From: Calditrichia bacterium | Lineage (GTDB): Bacteria > Calditrichota > Calditrichia > JAJRVZ01 | Direction: 5' to 3' | NCBI GenBank assembly: GCA_963777955.1 | Contig: CAVZSQ010000015.1 | Coordinates: 256,001 to 320,000 of the forward strand | DNA: 64,000 nucleotides | Part shown: piece after piece, positions 63,844 through 64,000 of the stretch | Layout of the letters: each line of letters opens with the position of its first letter | How positions within the stretch are numbered: the stretch's first letter is position 1 | Made by a program: the position numbers and the translations under genes | The notes under the pieces: model-generated | Told to the model about the DNA's origin: nothing | The model's database searches: none | Seen by the model: the letters and a program-made list of their open reading frames with translations, nothing else

Positions 63844-64000
63844 ATGATCTATCAGGATGTCTATGAGGCCATTGAGGTAATCTCCCTGTTTAAAGAGGGA
63901 AAAATTAAGCCGCTGCGCTTTAAATGGAACGGGCGGGTATACCGGATCAACAGATTAAACGGACACTGGGTAAACCCCAAAGGGTATGACAAGCAGTATC
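63844..64000 (+). CDS. DUF6504-like small protein (truncated by the window end)
   Basis: MIYQDVYEAIEVISLFKEGKIKPLRFKWNGRVYRINRLNGHW...; P..F.W.GR.Y pattern. Confidence 0.6.
   Translation, partial: MIYQDVYEAIEVISLFKEGKIKPLRFKWNGRVYRINRLNGHWVNPKGYDKQY

Noticed and set aside
1..64000. tRNA, rRNA, integrase, transposase or defence genes
   Set aside because: None recognised. Intergenic gaps are short and I saw no cloverleaf or rRNA signatures by eye.

Overview
Bacterial chromosomal window from a diderm organism, probably of the FCB superphylum (fused LpxC-FabZ, DUF4295/bL38-like gene, DUF5686 protein). Calditrichota/KSB1-like is my inference. Most of it is housekeeping: the lpx/skp/bamA/tamB envelope operon, ileS-dksA-lspA-rluD, dnaG, polA, mutS2, rpsU, efp, ppdK, znuACB, dinB and lexA. 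About 12 small frameshifts, some in essential genes, suggest long-read consensus errors. The most striking locus is a receptor-less chemosensory-like cluster at 44.5-54.6 kb. It has two CheY proteins, CheX and three paralogous CheA-like (class III-type) kinases with no CheW domain: one intact with a periplasmic propeller sensor, one fused to a degenerate ROK sugar-kinase domain and lacking the phospho-His, and one keeping the His but lacking the ATP-binding boxes. Sigma28-like promoters precede it. Other points of interest: an asparaginase-HDAC-putative GNAT-efp operon whose EF-P has Asn at the loop tip; a candidate LexA box (GTGTAC-N4-GTACAC) seen twice; a LexA-like pseudo-protease; and a ~570-bp imperfect palindrome made of two decayed four-helix-bundle gene halves.
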